A stretch of 64,000 nt of DNA from an uncultured Verrucomicrobiae bacterium (GTDB taxonomy: Bacteria; Verrucomicrobiota; Verrucomicrobiia; Chthoniobacterales; JAFAMB01): the NCBI GenBank assembly GCA_963762565.1, contig CAVXLD010000007.1:384001-448000 (forward strand). The letters run 5' to 3'. Every line of letters begins with the position of its first letter. Within the stretch, counting starts at the first letter, position 1. Of the stretch, positions 18,093 to 29,386 are shown piece by piece. The position numbers and the translations under genes are program-made. The notes under the pieces are model-generated. The model saw nothing but the letters and a program-made list of their open reading frames with translations. It did no database searches and had not been told where the DNA came from.

Positions 18093-18353
18093 TCAGGTCT
18101 GCAACCCGTAGGTGTTGCGGAGGTACCGCGCATATTCCGGCGATACCAGATCGTTGGCTAACAATACCTCAGCAACTTTGACGCCTACGCTCTTTTCATC
18201 CGGGGACACAAACTGTTGCTCCCTCAACAGCGTCTCGATTGCTTCGACCACAGCGAGCAATTCGTTCCGCGTGAGCTCAGGCAACGAGTAGGTCTTATCT
18301 GCCGGAGCCACGTCAGCAGCCACAGAATGGCTAACCGCGTCATTCGTTTTCAT
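18093..18353 (-). CDS. hypothetical protein
   Basis: 86-aa ATG ORF filling an intergenic gap. Confidence 0.5.
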   Translation of the reverse strand: MKTNDAVSHSVAADVAPADKTYSLPELTRNELLAVVEAIETLLREQQFVSPDEKSVGVKVAEVLLANDLVSPEYARYLRNTYGLQT

Positions 18354-18492
18354 ATGCTTGCAAATACAATTCTACATACGGGCTGAGTGAGGTTTGGCTC
18401 GACGGCTTTTGGTGAAGATGCACTCTGTTTTGCTGCGAGTGACTATAGCGGGTCGTTCCGTCGGCTGCCTGGCGGCTGTCGGACCCAGCGCT

Positions 18493-18673
18493 GGGAGCGA
18501 TCGCGCCCTCGCGATCCGTCGTTCCCGAAGCCCAGCGCTTTTGTGCTTCGAGGGTTCTCACGCGCCTAGCGACCTGGAACGTCTTCGCGGCGCGCGAGGA
18601 TCCGACGTCGCCGGTTCGTCGAAGAAAATGACCCTAGACCGATGGCTATGTCGGACAGGCAGCGCGCCCTCCC
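18493..18673. repeat. palindromic element, family B (GGGAGGG..CGCG..CCCTCCC), degenerate and extended
   Basis: Same termini as the copies at 29221, 48993, 59504 and 62199. Confidence 0.65.
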
Positions 18674-18939
18674 GGGTCTGGGTCGATGGTACAATGCCTT
18701 AGGCTGACGCGCATGGGCGGCTTGCCAAGCCGCTGCCGGATCGCGCCGTTCTCTTTGTCCGCCATAGCCTTAGCGACGGAGGACGGCCCTGCGCAGGCGG
18801 GAGTGAGGCACGCTCCACGGTTAGCGGTCTTACTGATGCGTGTGCAAATAAATGGACAGAGGACAAAAGAGGGAAGGTAACCGCCAAACCGCGCTAAGAC
18901 CGGGGCGTCAAGGCAATGGTACTGCCTCTCAAGAGTTGT

Positions 18940-20397
18940 ATGAGCCATTTAGCAAGAAACCTGCACGTCTCGGAAGATTTTCCTCCTGTCTCAACCGCAG
19001 CCTGGGACGCCGCCATCCAAGTCGATCTGAAGGGGGCTGATTACGACAAGAAGCTGCTTTGGAAGTCGGATGAAGGAATCTCAGTTCGTCCGTACTTCCG
19101 GCGAGAGGACATCAAGGATCTAGAATCACAGATCGAGTCGATACCGGGAACCTTTCCGTTCGTTCGCGGACGCGGCTCGCAAAGCTGGAAGCAGGTGGAA
19201 TCTCCAGGAGAGATTCCGGTCGATGCGATCCGGATTGACGCTATTCATGACCGGGGCGGAACCATCGTTCAGGAGCTTGGTTACGGAATCGCGTTAGGCG
19301 TGGAAAAACTCATGGAACGGCTACAGGCAGGCAACAGCGTCGATGAGGCGCCCAAGAGTATCCGTTTTGTGTTTGCAATTGGTTCGAATTATTTTTTTGA
19401 GATCGCTAAATTGCGCGCGGCGCGGTCGCTTTGGGCGCGCGCTGTCTGGGCCTTCGGACCGCAGGATGAGTTGTCCTGTTTGATGAAGATCCATGCCTGC
19501 ACCGCTTTGTCGGACAAAAGTATCTATGATCCATTCGCGAACGTTCTACGCGCCACTACTGAGGCGATGGCGGCGGTGGTTGGCGGCTGCGATTTCTTGG
19601 AGATCAGGCCGTTCTGCTTCGCCGACCGGCTGGCGGTGAATATACAGAGATTGCTGAGAGAGGAGTCGCACCTGGATAGCGTAGCGGATCCAGCGGGTGG
19701 ATCCTACTATGTAGAATGGCTCACTGATGCGCTTGCCCACAAAGGCTGGGAACTCTTCCAGCAGGTAGAGGCGGAAGGCGGGTATACAAAGGCCGGTGCC
19801 TCCATTGAGAGTGCTCTAGCGCAATCGCGAGCCGCCAAAGAAAAAGCATTTTCATCCCGGCGGAGCACGCTGGTGGGCGTGAACAATTACCCTGACCTCA
19901 AGGAAACCAGCGCAAAGCCTATCGAAACGGCAACAGGCATCTGGCGCGCGGCGAGCGCCTTCGAGCGGATTCGCCTTCGAACGGAAGCTTATACTCGCGA
20001 ACGAGGGAAACGACCTAAAGTGCTGTTACTTGAACGAGGTGACCTGACGATGAGGCAGGCCCGTTCGCAGTTCAGCCAAAACTTCTTCGGATGCGCCGGA
20101 TTCGAGATCGAGATCTCGCACGAACACCAACATTCCGATGCAGACCTGATCGTACTCTGCAGCTCAGATCCCGAGTACCTGGCCCTAGCTGAAGAAGTTT
20201 GTCCGAACGTAAGGCAGCCGGTTGTAGTTGCCGGTGATCCTAAAGCTCAGCTTGATCAATTGAAAGCGGCAGGCGTTCAGGGGTTCATCCACATCCGCAC
20301 GGACGCAACAACCGCCCTAACCGAGTGGCAGCAGCGACTCGGCATTGGGGAACAAACCGCAAGCCATGGCAACCATAACCAGACCGAATTTCACTAG
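18940..20397 (+). CDS. mutA: methylmalonyl-CoA mutase small (beta) subunit
   Basis: [44 protein letters not shown]. Confidence 0.85.
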   Translation: MSHLARNLHVSEDFPPVSTAAWDAAIQVDLKGADYDKKLLWKSDEGISVRPYFRREDIKDLESQIESIPGTFPFVRGRGSQSWKQVESPGEIPVDAIRIDAIHDRGGTIVQELGYGIALGVEKLMERLQAGNSVDEAPKSIRFVFAIGSNYFFEIAKLRAARSLWARAVWAFGPQDELSCLMKIHACTALSDKSIYDPFANVLRATTEAMAAVVGGCDFLEIRPFCFADRLAVNIQRLLREESHLDSVADPAGGSYYVEWLTDALAHKGWELFQQVEAEGGYTKAGASIESALAQSRAAKEKAFSSRRSTLVGVNNYPDLKETSAKPIETATGIWRAASAFERIRLRTEAYTRERGKRPKVLLLERGDLTMRQARSQFSQNFFGCAGFEIEISHEHQHSDADLIVLCSSDPEYLALAEEVCPNVRQPVVVAGDPKAQLDQLKAAGVQGFIHIRTDATTALTEWQQRLGIGEQTASHGNHNQTEFH

Positions 20398-22597
20398 GAT
20401 CCCCTTGGATAACAGCGCCCATCCCCGGCGACCACAGAAGGCCGTTTGCGGATGGATGAGCCAAGAACCAATCCCTATCAAAGCTTACTACACGGCCGAT
20501 GATCTTGCCGGATTAGAGCATCTTGATTACGCCGCCGGCATTCCGCCGTTTCTCCGGGGGCCTTATTCGACAATGTACGCGCTCCGGCCTTGGACGGTTC
20601 GGCAGTATGCGGGGTTTTCAACGGCCGAAGAGTCAAACGCGTTCTATCACCGCAACCTGGCAGCCGGGCAGAAAGGTCTCTCGGTGGCGTTCGACTTGCC
20701 GACCCACCGGGGATACGACTCGGATCATGAGCGGGTGGTAAGCGACGTCGGCAAAGCCGGGGTAGCGATCGACACGGTCGAGGATATGAAGATTCTCTTC
20801 AACGAGATTCCTCTCGATCAGATGTCGGTTTCAATGACCATGAGCGGCGCGGTTCTGCCGGTAATGGCTTTCTATATCATTGCGGCCGAGGAGCAGGGCG
20901 TCCGGCCACAGCAGCTGAGCGGAACGATCCAGAATGACATTCTAAAGGAATTCATGGTCCGCAATACCTATATCTATCCGCCAGCACCGTCGATGAGGAT
21001 TGTCGGGGATGTCTTCCGTTACACCTCGGCGAACATGCCGAAATTCAACTCTATTTCGATCAGCGGGTATCACATGCACGAAGCAGGCGCAACCACCGAC
21101 CTCGAATTAGCTTATACGTTGGCCGACGGTCTGGAGTACTTGCGGACCGGCATCGCTGCGGGCCTTGATATCGACGATTTCGCGCCGCGCCTTAGCTTTT
21201 TCTGGGGCATTGGGATGAACCATTTCATGGAGATTGCCAAAATGCGGGCAGCGCGGGTGCTTTGGGCCAAGATCGTGAAAGGGTTCAATCCAAAGAAGGC
21301 AAAATCGATGGCTCTCCGCACTCACTCGCAAACCTCTGGCTGGAGTCTGACGGCTCAAGACACATCAAACAACGTAGTGAGAACCTGTATTGAAGCGATG
21401 GCAGCGGCCTTCGGGCATACTCAGTCCCTGCACACGAACGCCTTGGATGAAGCCATAGCGTTGCCAACCGACTATTCGGCACGCATTGCCCGGAACACTC
21501 AGCTCTACTTCCAGCAGGAGACAGACATTACCCATGTGGTGGATCCCTGGGCCGGTAGCTACTATGTGGAGGCGCTTACCGATGCACTGATGCAAAAAGC
21601 TTGGCACCTGATAAACGAAGTAGAGGCGCATGGTGGAATGACGAAGGCGATCGAAATCGGGCTACCGAAGCTGCGCATCGAGGAGGCCGCCGCCCGCCGC
21701 CAAGCGCACATTGATTCTGGCGAAGAAGTCATTGTCGGAGTGAACAAGTATCGTCTGAAAATTGAAGACACCCTGAACACTTTAGAAGTAGACGACCGCG
21801 CGGTGCGCGATCGTCAGATCGGACGCCTGAATGAAGTGAAGAAAGCTCGTAACCAAAGGGCGGTGGACGAAGCTCTGCGGGCGCTGACCGAGACTGCGGA
21901 AACCGGCAAAGGCAACCTGTTGGAGCGTTCTGTAAATGCGGCTCGGGTGCGAGCGACGCTAGGCGAGATCTCTATGGCCATGGAAAAAGTGTTCGGGCGT
22001 TATCAGGCTGCCAGCAAGACGATCAGCGGTGTTTATGCGCAAGCAAACCAGGGAGATGCCGCCTTCAAAAAAGCACAAGAGATGTCCAACGAGTTTGCTA
22101 AGCACGAAGGACGCCGCCCTCGCATCCTCATCGCAAAGGCAGGCCAGGACGGCCATGACCGCGGAGCGAAGGTGGTTGCCACGGCTTTTGCTGATATTGG
22201 TTTCGATGTTGACGTCGGGCCGCTGTTTGCTACGCCGGCCGAGGTCGCGCGAAACGCGGTCGAGAATGACGTTCATATTGTCGGCATATCCACATTGGCT
22301 GCCGGTCACAAGACCATCATCCCCGAAGTGGTCACCGAACTCAAGAAACAGGGGCGCCCTGATATCAAAGTGGTTGTAGGCGGCGTCATTCCGCAACCGG
22401 ACTACGAATTTCTGTACCAAGCCGGAGCGATAGCTGTGTTCGGACCAGGCACTGACATCCCTCAGTGTGCGCAAGAGATTCTGACTATTTTGATGGGAGT
22501 CGATCCGACAAAACTTAACACCTCCGATCGTAACGGTAATGGGATCGGTGGGCAGGAACGGTCGTTAGCAGAGAGTAACGCTGCCGGCCACCTGTAA
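20366..22597 (+). CDS. scpA: methylmalonyl-CoA mutase large subunit (AdoCbl-dependent)
   Basis: [31 protein letters not shown]12-binding motif. Confidence 0.97.
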   Translation: MATITRPNFTRIPLDNSAHPRRPQKAVCGWMSQEPIPIKAYYTADDLAGLEHLDYAAGIPPFLRGPYSTMYALRPWTVRQYAGFSTAEESNAFYHRNLAAGQKGLSVAFDLPTHRGYDSDHERVVSDVGKAGVAIDTVEDMKILFNEIPLDQMSVSMTMSGAVLPVMAFYIIAAEEQGVRPQQLSGTIQNDILKEFMVRNTYIYPPAPSMRIVGDVFRYTSANMPKFNSISISGYHMHEAGATTDLELAYTLADGLEYLRTGIAAGLDIDDFAPRLSFFWGIGMNHFMEIAKMRAARVLWAKIVKGFNPKKAKSMALRTHSQTSGWSLTAQDTSNNVVRTCIEAMAAAFGHTQSLHTNALDEAIALPTDYSARIARNTQLYFQQETDITHVVDPWAGSYYVEALTDALMQKAWHLINEVEAHGGMTKAIEIGLPKLRIEEAAARRQAHIDSGEEVIVGVNKYRLKIEDTLNTLEVDDRAVRDRQIGRLNEVKKARNQRAVDEALRALTETAETGKGNLLERSVNAARVRATLGEISMAMEKVFGRYQAASKTISGVYAQANQGDAAFKKAQEMSNEFAKHEGRRPRILIAKAGQDGHDRGAKVVATAFADIGFDVDVGPLFATPAEVARNAVENDVHIVGISTLAAGHKTIIPEVVTELKKQGRPDIKVVVGGVIPQPDYEFLYQAGAIAVFGPGTDIPQCAQEILTILMGVDPTKLNTSDRNGNGIGGQERSLAESNAAGHL

Positions 22598-22602
22598 AAA
22601 AG

Positions 22603-23679
22603 ATGATCACGACCAATATTCGCGAGGGAAAGGCTGGCTCAGGAAAGCAGGACATCAAGCGGCTCCCGGTTGAATATTACGTCCGCGGCATAGTCAATGG
22701 AGATCGGGCTGTGATGGGCCGGGCGCTCTCCGTGATTGAAAGTGATTTACCATCCGATGAAGCTCTAGCTGAACAAATCCTGGATGGGGTGCTCCCGCAC
22801 ACCGGGAAATCGCGGCGGATCGGCATTACCGGTGTGCCGGGAAGCGGTAAGAGTACGTTTATTGATGCGCTCGGTATGTATCTCCTGCTGGAGCGCGGCG
22901 AAAAAGTCGCGGTGTTGAGCGTGGATCCTTCCAGTCCGATCTCTGGAGGCAGTATCCTCGGTGACAAGACTCGCATGGAGCGACTGAGCGGGCAGCCTGG
23001 TGCCTTTATCCGTCCCTCGCCGACGCGCGGCTGTCTCGGTGGCGTGGCCCGGCGCACCCGCGAATGCATGCTGCTTTGCGAAGCCGCAGGATACCAGAAC
23101 GTTTTGATCGAAACCGTGGGCGTAGGCCAATCGGAAATTGAGGTCGGCTCAATGACCGACTTTTTTTTGCTCCTGATGATTCCCGGAGCTGGCGACGAGC
23201 TTCAAGGCATCAAGCGCGGCATTATCGAGATGGTGGATGGTCTCGTGATCAACAAAGCTGATGGCAAGAATTTAAGCGCGGCAGACCTGGCTCGAGGACA
23301 GTACGAAAACGCACTGCGGCTGTTTGCGCCAAGCCGGCCGGGATGGACGGCTCGAGTACTCACTTGTTCGGCTCTAGAAAACAGAGGTATCCGCGAAGTC
23401 TGGCAGATGATCTTAGATCAGCTGACTCAACAGGAATCGGGCGGCCAATTGCAACGCCGGCGTCAAGCGCACGCGTTGAGCTGGATGCATCAATTGATTT
23501 CGTTGGGTCTTCAGGAAGTCTTTCAGAGTGCTCCCGCGGTGCAAGAGCGCCTAGCCTGGTTGGAGCGTTCGGTCGGCGACGGCACCATCAGCCCATTCAC
23601 GGCAGCACGCGAACTGCTGGAGGTCTATCACGATTGGGGTCCAGGAACGCCAACGGACTCCGGCGTGCTTCGACGGTGA
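22603..23679 (+). CDS. meaB: methylmalonyl-CoA mutase-associated GTPase
   Basis: GITGVPGSGKST, GGSILGDKTRM, ETVGVGQSE, GDELQGIK, NKAD. Confidence 0.95.
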   Translation: MITTNIREGKAGSGKQDIKRLPVEYYVRGIVNGDRAVMGRALSVIESDLPSDEALAEQILDGVLPHTGKSRRIGITGVPGSGKSTFIDALGMYLLLERGEKVAVLSVDPSSPISGGSILGDKTRMERLSGQPGAFIRPSPTRGCLGGVARRTRECMLLCEAAGYQNVLIETVGVGQSEIEVGSMTDFFLLLMIPGAGDELQGIKRGIIEMVDGLVINKADGKNLSAADLARGQYENALRLFAPSRPGWTARVLTCSALENRGIREVWQMILDQLTQQESGGQLQRRRQAHALSWMHQLISLGLQEVFQSAPAVQERLAWLERSVGDGTISPFTAARELLEVYHDWGPGTPTDSGVLRR

Positions 23680-23756
23680 AACTATTGTAGCGATTCACTT
23701 TTTTTTTGCCGGCGGCAAAATAAACACCCTTTCAAACCAACTAGGAGGACAAGAAT

Positions 23757-24551
23757 ATGACCGAGGTAACTGCAAAGCTTGTGCAATCGAGCGCGAAAGA
23801 CCAGATCGGCACCATCACGCTGAACGACCCCAAAACCCTCAATTCCCTGAGTAGTGCTCTGATCAAAGATTTGCTGGACGCCCTGGACAGCTTTCGCGAG
23901 AACGGCGTACGGGTCGCGATCCTGCGGGCTCCTGCCGGTTCAAAGACGTGGTCGGCCGGACACAACGTCGGTGAACTCCCGAAGCATGCCCGTGACCCGC
24001 TCACCTATAGCGATCCGCTTAGAGTAGCAATTCGCAAGATCCAGGAGTATCCGTCCCCCGTACTGGCGATGATCGAAGGAGGTGTCTGGGGTGGCGCATG
24101 CGAATTGGCAATGGCCTGCGATATGGTCATAGCGGCGGAGAGCGCGACCTTCGCCATTACTCCTGCTCGGTTAGGTGTTCCCTACAACATTGGCGGTGTC
24201 CAGAACCTGATCGGCTCTGTGCCAATGGTAGTGGTAAAGGAAATGCTTTTCCGGGCTAAGCCGATCAGTGCGCAACGGGCGTACGAAGTTGGAATTGCGA
24301 ACTATGTCGCTGCTGCTGACCAACTGGAATCCAAGACGCTTGAGTTCGCCCAAGATATGTTAGCCAATTCACCACTGGTTATTACCTTGCTGAAGGAAGA
24401 GACTCACGTGTTAGCGCATGCTTATGCTCTTAGCGCTGAAACCTTCGAACGTATTCAATCCGTACGCCGCCGGATCTACGACAGTGACGACTACCAGGAA
24501 GGAATCCGGTCGTTTTTCGAAAAACGGAAGCCGATCTTTGAGGGTAGATAG
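23757..24551 (+). CDS. scpB: methylmalonyl-CoA decarboxylase (crotonase family)
   Basis: GSKTWSAGH..ELP...RDPLTYSDPLR and VWGGACE match E. coli YgfG/ScpB. Confidence 0.88.
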   Translation: MTEVTAKLVQSSAKDQIGTITLNDPKTLNSLSSALIKDLLDALDSFRENGVRVAILRAPAGSKTWSAGHNVGELPKHARDPLTYSDPLRVAIRKIQEYPSPVLAMIEGGVWGGACELAMACDMVIAAESATFAITPARLGVPYNIGGVQNLIGSVPMVVVKEMLFRAKPISAQRAYEVGIANYVAAADQLESKTLEFAQDMLANSPLVITLLKEETHVLAHAYALSAETFERIQSVRRRIYDSDDYQEGIRSFFEKRKPIFEGR

Positions 24552-24583
24552 CCTCAGCAAAAACCGTCACCAGCGCGTGTATT

Positions 24584-25344
24584 GTCCCGTAGGGACAGAA
24601 CGATAGTAGCCAGGCACGTTGTGCCTGGGATGGGTAAAAAGACGGCTCGTCCCGTAGGGACGATTGAGACGCGCATTAGTCCAGGGCGTATTTCTCCTCA
24701 AAATCCAATCCGTGCCGTTTCAGAATAGCCAAATACTCTTCCCGAAAGGTCCGAGTGCGATGATGCTCCGGTTGGTTTTGGATGTATGCCATCGTCTCCG
24801 AAAGCTGGGAGGTGCTGACGCTGAAAGCGCCGTAGCCCTCTTGCCAACTAAAGTTACGGAATTGCCGAAAATTCTGGTGGATCCAGGCCGAGGATCCACC
24901 CTTGATCAATTGAATGGCTTTAGCAACGGACAGTGTCGTCGGCATCGATAGGAGCAGATGAACGTGGTCTGCGACCCCACCGACGCATCTTGGTTTGATG
25001 CCGTTTTGTTTGGCGATGCCGCCTAGGAAAGGCCATAGACGTTCTCTAAGTTCAGGGTTCAGAACCGGGACGCGCTCTTTGGTGGTGAAAACACAATGGA
25101 TGTTCAGAGAGAAAAACGTATTCGGCATAGACTAGAGATTATCCGAGATCACCAGATAAAGAAACATATTTTATTACTGTGTTTACGATGCAAACCGGCG
25201 ACCGAAATTTTAACTGTCCCAACGGGCGAGATGTTCGCAATTTACCGTTCGGCCGGAATCAAGCGTCCCTACGGGACGCGATTCTTTCTCTGGCGCATCC
25301 CAGGCACTTCGTGCCTGGCTACTATCGTTCTGTCCCTACGGGAC
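24584..25344. mobile_element. RAYT/IS200-like element with ~80-bp inverted arms
   Basis: gtcccgtagggacagaacgatagtagccaggcac... and ...gtgcctggctactatcgttctgtccctacgggac flank the transposase gene. Confidence 0.9.
24676..25128 (-). CDS. tnpA: IS200/IS605-family Y1 HUH transposase (REP-associated tyrosine transposase-like)
   Basis: HCVFTTK, DHVHLL (HUH), WQEGYGAFSVS, YIQNQPEHH (catalytic Tyr). Confidence 0.92.
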   Translation of the reverse strand: MPNTFFSLNIHCVFTTKERVPVLNPELRERLWPFLGGIAKQNGIKPRCVGGVADHVHLLLSMPTTLSVAKAIQLIKGGSSAWIHQNFRQFRNFSWQEGYGAFSVSTSQLSETMAYIQNQPEHHRTRTFREEYLAILKRHGLDFEEKYALD

Positions 25345-25414
25345 GCGATCGTAGTCGACAACGGCTAAGAGGGTAGGTCGAGGTCCGATGTCTCGGTTGA
25401 ATCCCGAAAGCGCT

Positions 25415-26293
25415 TTATGGCTTCCGCCAGTGTTTGCCGACCTTATCGACGAACCGGCGCGGTTTCTCCGCCCAAATCTTGTGGCCAAGTGGTATTGAAA
25501 CGCAACGATGCTTACGGCTCTCGTTGTCTAAACAACGAAGAACCCGTTTCACCGCTTCGGGTTCACTAAAAGCATCGGGATTTTTCTGCAGCCGCAATCT
25601 TAAAACCGAAATATCGTGATCGAGTCCTAGTTCCTCTTGCAACTTGGTAAGATCCGAAATCATTCGATGCAGCCGCTTTGGCCAGACCGACTCGAGAAAC
25701 TGAAGTTCATAGTAGAGATTCTTGGCCCTAATCCGCCAGCGATGAAACGCTTCGTCTTGCCCCTGTTTGCAGGCGATATGCATTCGCTTACGGCCCTGGC
25801 GATAAACAGTGTGTAAACCAGTTTCTACCAGCTCACGTTCGTTTCCACGAAACTTCCAGCGATGCAGGTTACGCCTGGTTAACTGCAGATCCATTCTGAC
25901 CCCGGCTATGGATTGATCCAAATCCTTCGATGGTGGGTAGCTGCGGTTGAAGCCGGCAAGCGCCGCAGCCACAGCTGCTTTCTCCGTCGAGTCTGAGACT
26001 GGTAGTGTCTGCAGAGTTTCGCGGGCAGCGTCGGTGTCCCGGGTAAAGCCCAGACGGCGGGCGGCGGCTTTAAGGCGCGCGTTTTCGCGATCGAACAGCT
26101 CCGGAATAGCGGGACGAATGAGGCGCAGTAACGCCCGTAAACCTTTAATAGAGGTGCGGAGCTGATGTAACGATTCTTGGGTTGCCATCTGCCCCATGCT
26201 ATCTGTGGCCGAGTCGACGAGAGCGTCAACTACTCGAAGTAGTTCCGCTCTTAGTGGCTCTTGAGCGTTGAGGGAAAGATTTGCTGCCTTCAT
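25415..26293 (-). CDS. CHAD domain protein
   Basis: LHQLRTSIKGLRALLRL, LGFTRD, FHRWRIRAKNLYY, LGLDHD. Confidence 0.85.
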   Translation of the reverse strand: MKAANLSLNAQEPLRAELLRVVDALVDSATDSMGQMATQESLHQLRTSIKGLRALLRLIRPAIPELFDRENARLKAAARRLGFTRDTDAARETLQTLPVSDSTEKAAVAAALAGFNRSYPPSKDLDQSIAGVRMDLQLTRRNLHRWKFRGNERELVETGLHTVYRQGRKRMHIACKQGQDEAFHRWRIRAKNLYYELQFLESVWPKRLHRMISDLTKLQEELGLDHDISVLRLRLQKNPDAFSEPEAVKRVLRCLDNESRKHRCVSIPLGHKIWAEKPRRFVDKVGKHWRKP

Positions 26294-26342
26294 CCTTGAA
26301 TGATTCTTTAAACCAACTGAGTGCGTGGGTAGTCAGCCGATC

Positions 26343-29072
26343 CTAGTCGATCCTAAAGTCAGCTCGCATGGCACTATTATAGCGGTCGTAGTTAACCTCG
26401 AAGCCGAGTCTTTTCGACACCTGTTGCATCACATAGTTCTCCGGCAGAATCAGTGAGGTTAACCGTTTAACTCCTTCCTGCCGGCCAATTTCGACCAAGC
26501 GAGAGAGTAATTTGGTCCCAAGCCCACGTCCTTGAAACGAATCGCTAATAACGATGGCGAACTCCGCTTCATTCAAGCCCGACATTTTGACCAACCGCCC
26601 TACGCCAATAATCTCCTCGGCTTTTGTAGCAGGGTTTTGGTGAACGGCCACTAACGCGATCTCGCGAGCATAGTCGTTGAAACAGATTTTGGTTAGGCGG
26701 TCATGCGCCACTCTCTGGTCCAGGCTGGGGAAGCCGAAGTATCGCAAGCCCACGGTATCTTCCGATAACGTACCGTGGAACTTCACCATTAACGGTTCAT
26801 CCTCAGGCCGGATGGCTCTGAGCGTGATCGGAGTTCCATCATTCAGATTCCAACTACTGGTATATTGCTGCGGGTAGGGCCGAATCGCCAGGCGAGGAAG
26901 ATCTTTCTCTGTTTTGGTCGATTCATGCAGCACCATCCGGGCATCAAGAGCCAGGATCTGACCGCCCGAGATTACCAGCGGATTAATATCAATTTCTTTG
27001 ATCCATCGTTCCCCGGCTACTAGCAAACTGAACTCAACCAATATTCTTTCGAGTTCGGCGAGATCCGCGGCATGCTTGCCCTTACTTCCTCGCAAAGCGG
27101 CGTAGATATGAGTCCGTTCGATTAGCCTGCGAGCCAAGGTGGCGTTTAACGGCGGCAGGCCCAGAGCGTAATCCCTTATGACCTCGACCAGTTGACCGCC
27201 AGATCCGAACAAAAGAACCGGCCCGAATTGCGCATCGATACTGCTGCCAAGTATCAATTCGTAACCTTCCGACTTGATCATGGGTTCGACGGTGACTCCG
27301 CGAAATGCTACTGGTTGGTTCCGGAACACTTCCTCAATTTGCCGATAAGCCAGCCGAACTTCGCTCTCGGTTTCTAGATCCAGTTTAACACCACCAGCGT
27401 CGGCCTTGTGGGTAATCGTTTCAGAATAAAGTTTCAACACCACGGCGCAGCCTAGCTCTCTCGCAGCCTGCACTGCCTCGTCTTCGCTGGCAGCGATCAG
27501 TGTCCTTACCGTCGGTATCCCGTACGCCTCTAGAACTTCTTTCGATTCGACCTCGGTTAAGAGCGTGCGATTCTTTTTGCGTACCTCCTCAATGACTTTC
27601 TCCGCGCGTGAACGGCCTGCTAGCGCATCGGTCCACTTGCCTGAGAGGGCGGGAGTTTCATAGAGCGCACGCAGATTGTCACTGTACCGCCACATGTAAC
27701 AAAAGGTGCGAGCAGCAGCGTCTGGAAACTGGAACGTCGGTATTCCGCATGCGGTCAGGATGGCTTCACCCTCAGCGACGTCCGCTGCTCCCATCCAGCT
27801 TGCCAGGATCGGCTTCTCGGAGAGGTTTTGGAATGTTTCTAATCCTTTCGCGATTGCGGTTGGATCTGTCTTCACTTGCGGAGTCACAATCGCCAGTACG
27901 CCGTCGACATTGGGATCGGCCGTCGCTATTTCAATCGCTTTGAGATAACGACTCGCGTCTGCATCGCGAAGAACATCCACCGGATTGTTTGCTCTCCAGT
28001 GGCCGGGAAGGATCGCATTCAATCTTTTCATGCTTTCACGAGAAAGTTGAGCAATTTCGCCACCTTCAGCTGCCAACATATCGGTAGCGAGGATGCCCGG
28101 TCCAGCGGCGTTCGTGACCACGGCCAAACGGGGGCCTTTTGGTCGTGGTTGTTTGCTCAATACTTCTGCCATACAGAAAAGGTCTTCGATGGTCTTGACT
28201 CGCAGGACACCTACTCGGCGGAAAGCGGCTTCTATTACCGCATCATCGCCACTGAGCGCGCCTGTGTGAAATGCGACTGCTCTGGCCGCGGCCTCAGTAC
28301 TGCCGGCTTTGATCACGATAATGGGTTTTCGCAGGGCTATTTCTCGTGCTGCCGACAGAAAGGACCGGGCATCATCGAGCGACTCCATATAAAGGAGGAT
28401 ACTTTGCGTGTGGAAGTCATGACCGATGCAGTCAATCAGATCTCCCCAACCGACATCGAGCATCGAACCGGTAGAAAGAAAAGCACTAAATCCGACCTTT
28501 TGGCGAATACTCCAGTCCAGCACCGATGTACACAAAGCGCCGCTTTGGCTGATGAAAGCAACATCCCCATTCAACGCCATCTTTCTGGCAAAGGTGGCGT
28601 TCAACTTCAGGCTCGGAATCATGAGTCCGATGCCGTTCGGCCCGATGATCCGCATGTCCCCACGGCGTTCTTGAATTTCTTGTTCAAGCTTTACCCCGCC
28701 GTCGTCGCTCTCTCTAAACCCGGCCGAAATGATGACCGCGCCTTTCACTCCCATCGCGGAGCACTCGCTGACCACATTTGGAACAGTCCCTGCCGGAGTC
28801 GCAATGACCGCCAAATCAACTGGTTCAGGCACCTCGTCAATCTTAGCGAACGCTTTAACGCCCAGAACGCTTGTTCGCTTCAGGTTGACCGGATAAACCG
28901 TTCCATCGAACGAGCTCAGGTTCTCCATTAACGTGCGGCCAACACTATTTTCTTTTTCAGTGGCGCCGATCAAAGCGATCCGCCGAGGATTAAACATTAT
29001 TTCCAGTCTCGACCTACGCTGATCGAGGGGCAGAAGAGGGGGGCTTGCATAGGGAGGTGATAGCGCGGTCAT
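26343..29072 (-). CDS. bifunctional NDP-forming acyl-CoA ligase family / GNAT acetyltransferase (Pat-like)
   Basis: IGPNGIG, SQSGA, HTGA, ATP-grasp [13 protein letters not shown]-terminal GNAT QGRGLG. Confidence 0.9.
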   Translation of the reverse strand: MTALSPPYASPPLLPLDQRRSRLEIMFNPRRIALIGATEKENSVGRTLMENLSSFDGTVYPVNLKRTSVLGVKAFAKIDEVPEPVDLAVIATPAGTVPNVVSECSAMGVKGAVIISAGFRESDDGGVKLEQEIQERRGDMRIIGPNGIGLMIPSLKLNATFARKMALNGDVAFISQSGALCTSVLDWSIRQKVGFSAFLSTGSMLDVGWGDLIDCIGHDFHTQSILLYMESLDDARSFLSAAREIALRKPIIVIKAGSTEAAARAVAFHTGALSGDDAVIEAAFRRVGVLRVKTIEDLFCMAEVLSKQPRPKGPRLAVVTNAAGPGILATDMLAAEGGEIAQLSRESMKRLNAILPGHWRANNPVDVLRDADASRYLKAIEIATADPNVDGVLAIVTPQVKTDPTAIAKGLETFQNLSEKPILASWMGAADVAEGEAILTACGIPTFQFPDAAARTFCYMWRYSDNLRALYETPALSGKWTDALAGRSRAEKVIEEVRKKNRTLLTEVESKEVLEAYGIPTVRTLIAASEDEAVQAARELGCAVVLKLYSETITHKADAGGVKLDLETESEVRLAYRQIEEVFRNQPVAFRGVTVEPMIKSEGYELILGSSIDAQFGPVLLFGSGGQLVEVIRDYALGLPPLNATLARRLIERTHIYAALRGSKGKHAADLAELERILVEFSLLVAGERWIKEIDINPLVISGGQILALDARMVLHESTKTEKDLPRLAIRPYPQQYTSSWNLNDGTPITLRAIRPEDEPLMVKFHGTLSEDTVGLRYFGFPSLDQRVAHDRLTKICFNDYAREIALVAVHQNPATKAEEIIGVGRLVKMSGLNEAEFAIVISDSFQGRGLGTKLLSRLVEIGRQEGVKRLTSLILPENYVMQQVSKRLGFEVNYDRYNSAMRADFRID

Positions 29073-29220
29073 AACAAGAGAAATTTGAAGCTATTTGCGG
29101 ACCCCGGCTCATCTCGGGTTGTCCAAGGGTGGACCGATTTTGGCGTTCCGGTTGGGACGAGGACGACGACGAGTAACCCAGAAGCGGGCAGGCGCTTGAA
29201 GGGTGAGCAATGAACAGCTG

Positions 29221-29338
29221 GGGAGGGCGCGCGTCCCCGCGCGCCGCGAGGACGTGTGCTGCCTAAAGCTATACTATCGCCCACAAACTCGCCACGCGCT
29301 GGGCTTCGATACGGATCGCGGGGACGCGATCCCTCCCC
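29221..29338. repeat. palindromic element, family B
   Basis: gggagggcgcgcgtccccgcgcgccg ... cggatcgcggggacgcgatccctccc. Confidence 0.8.
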
Positions 29339-29386
29339 AGAAACGGCCCCCCGTGTTCATTAGGAGAACGAGGACGATCCACCGAA

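Noticed and set aside
18400..18940. Cobalamin riboswitch upstream of the mutase operon
   Set aside because: No recognisable B12-box; the structure there is explained by dispersed repeat families.
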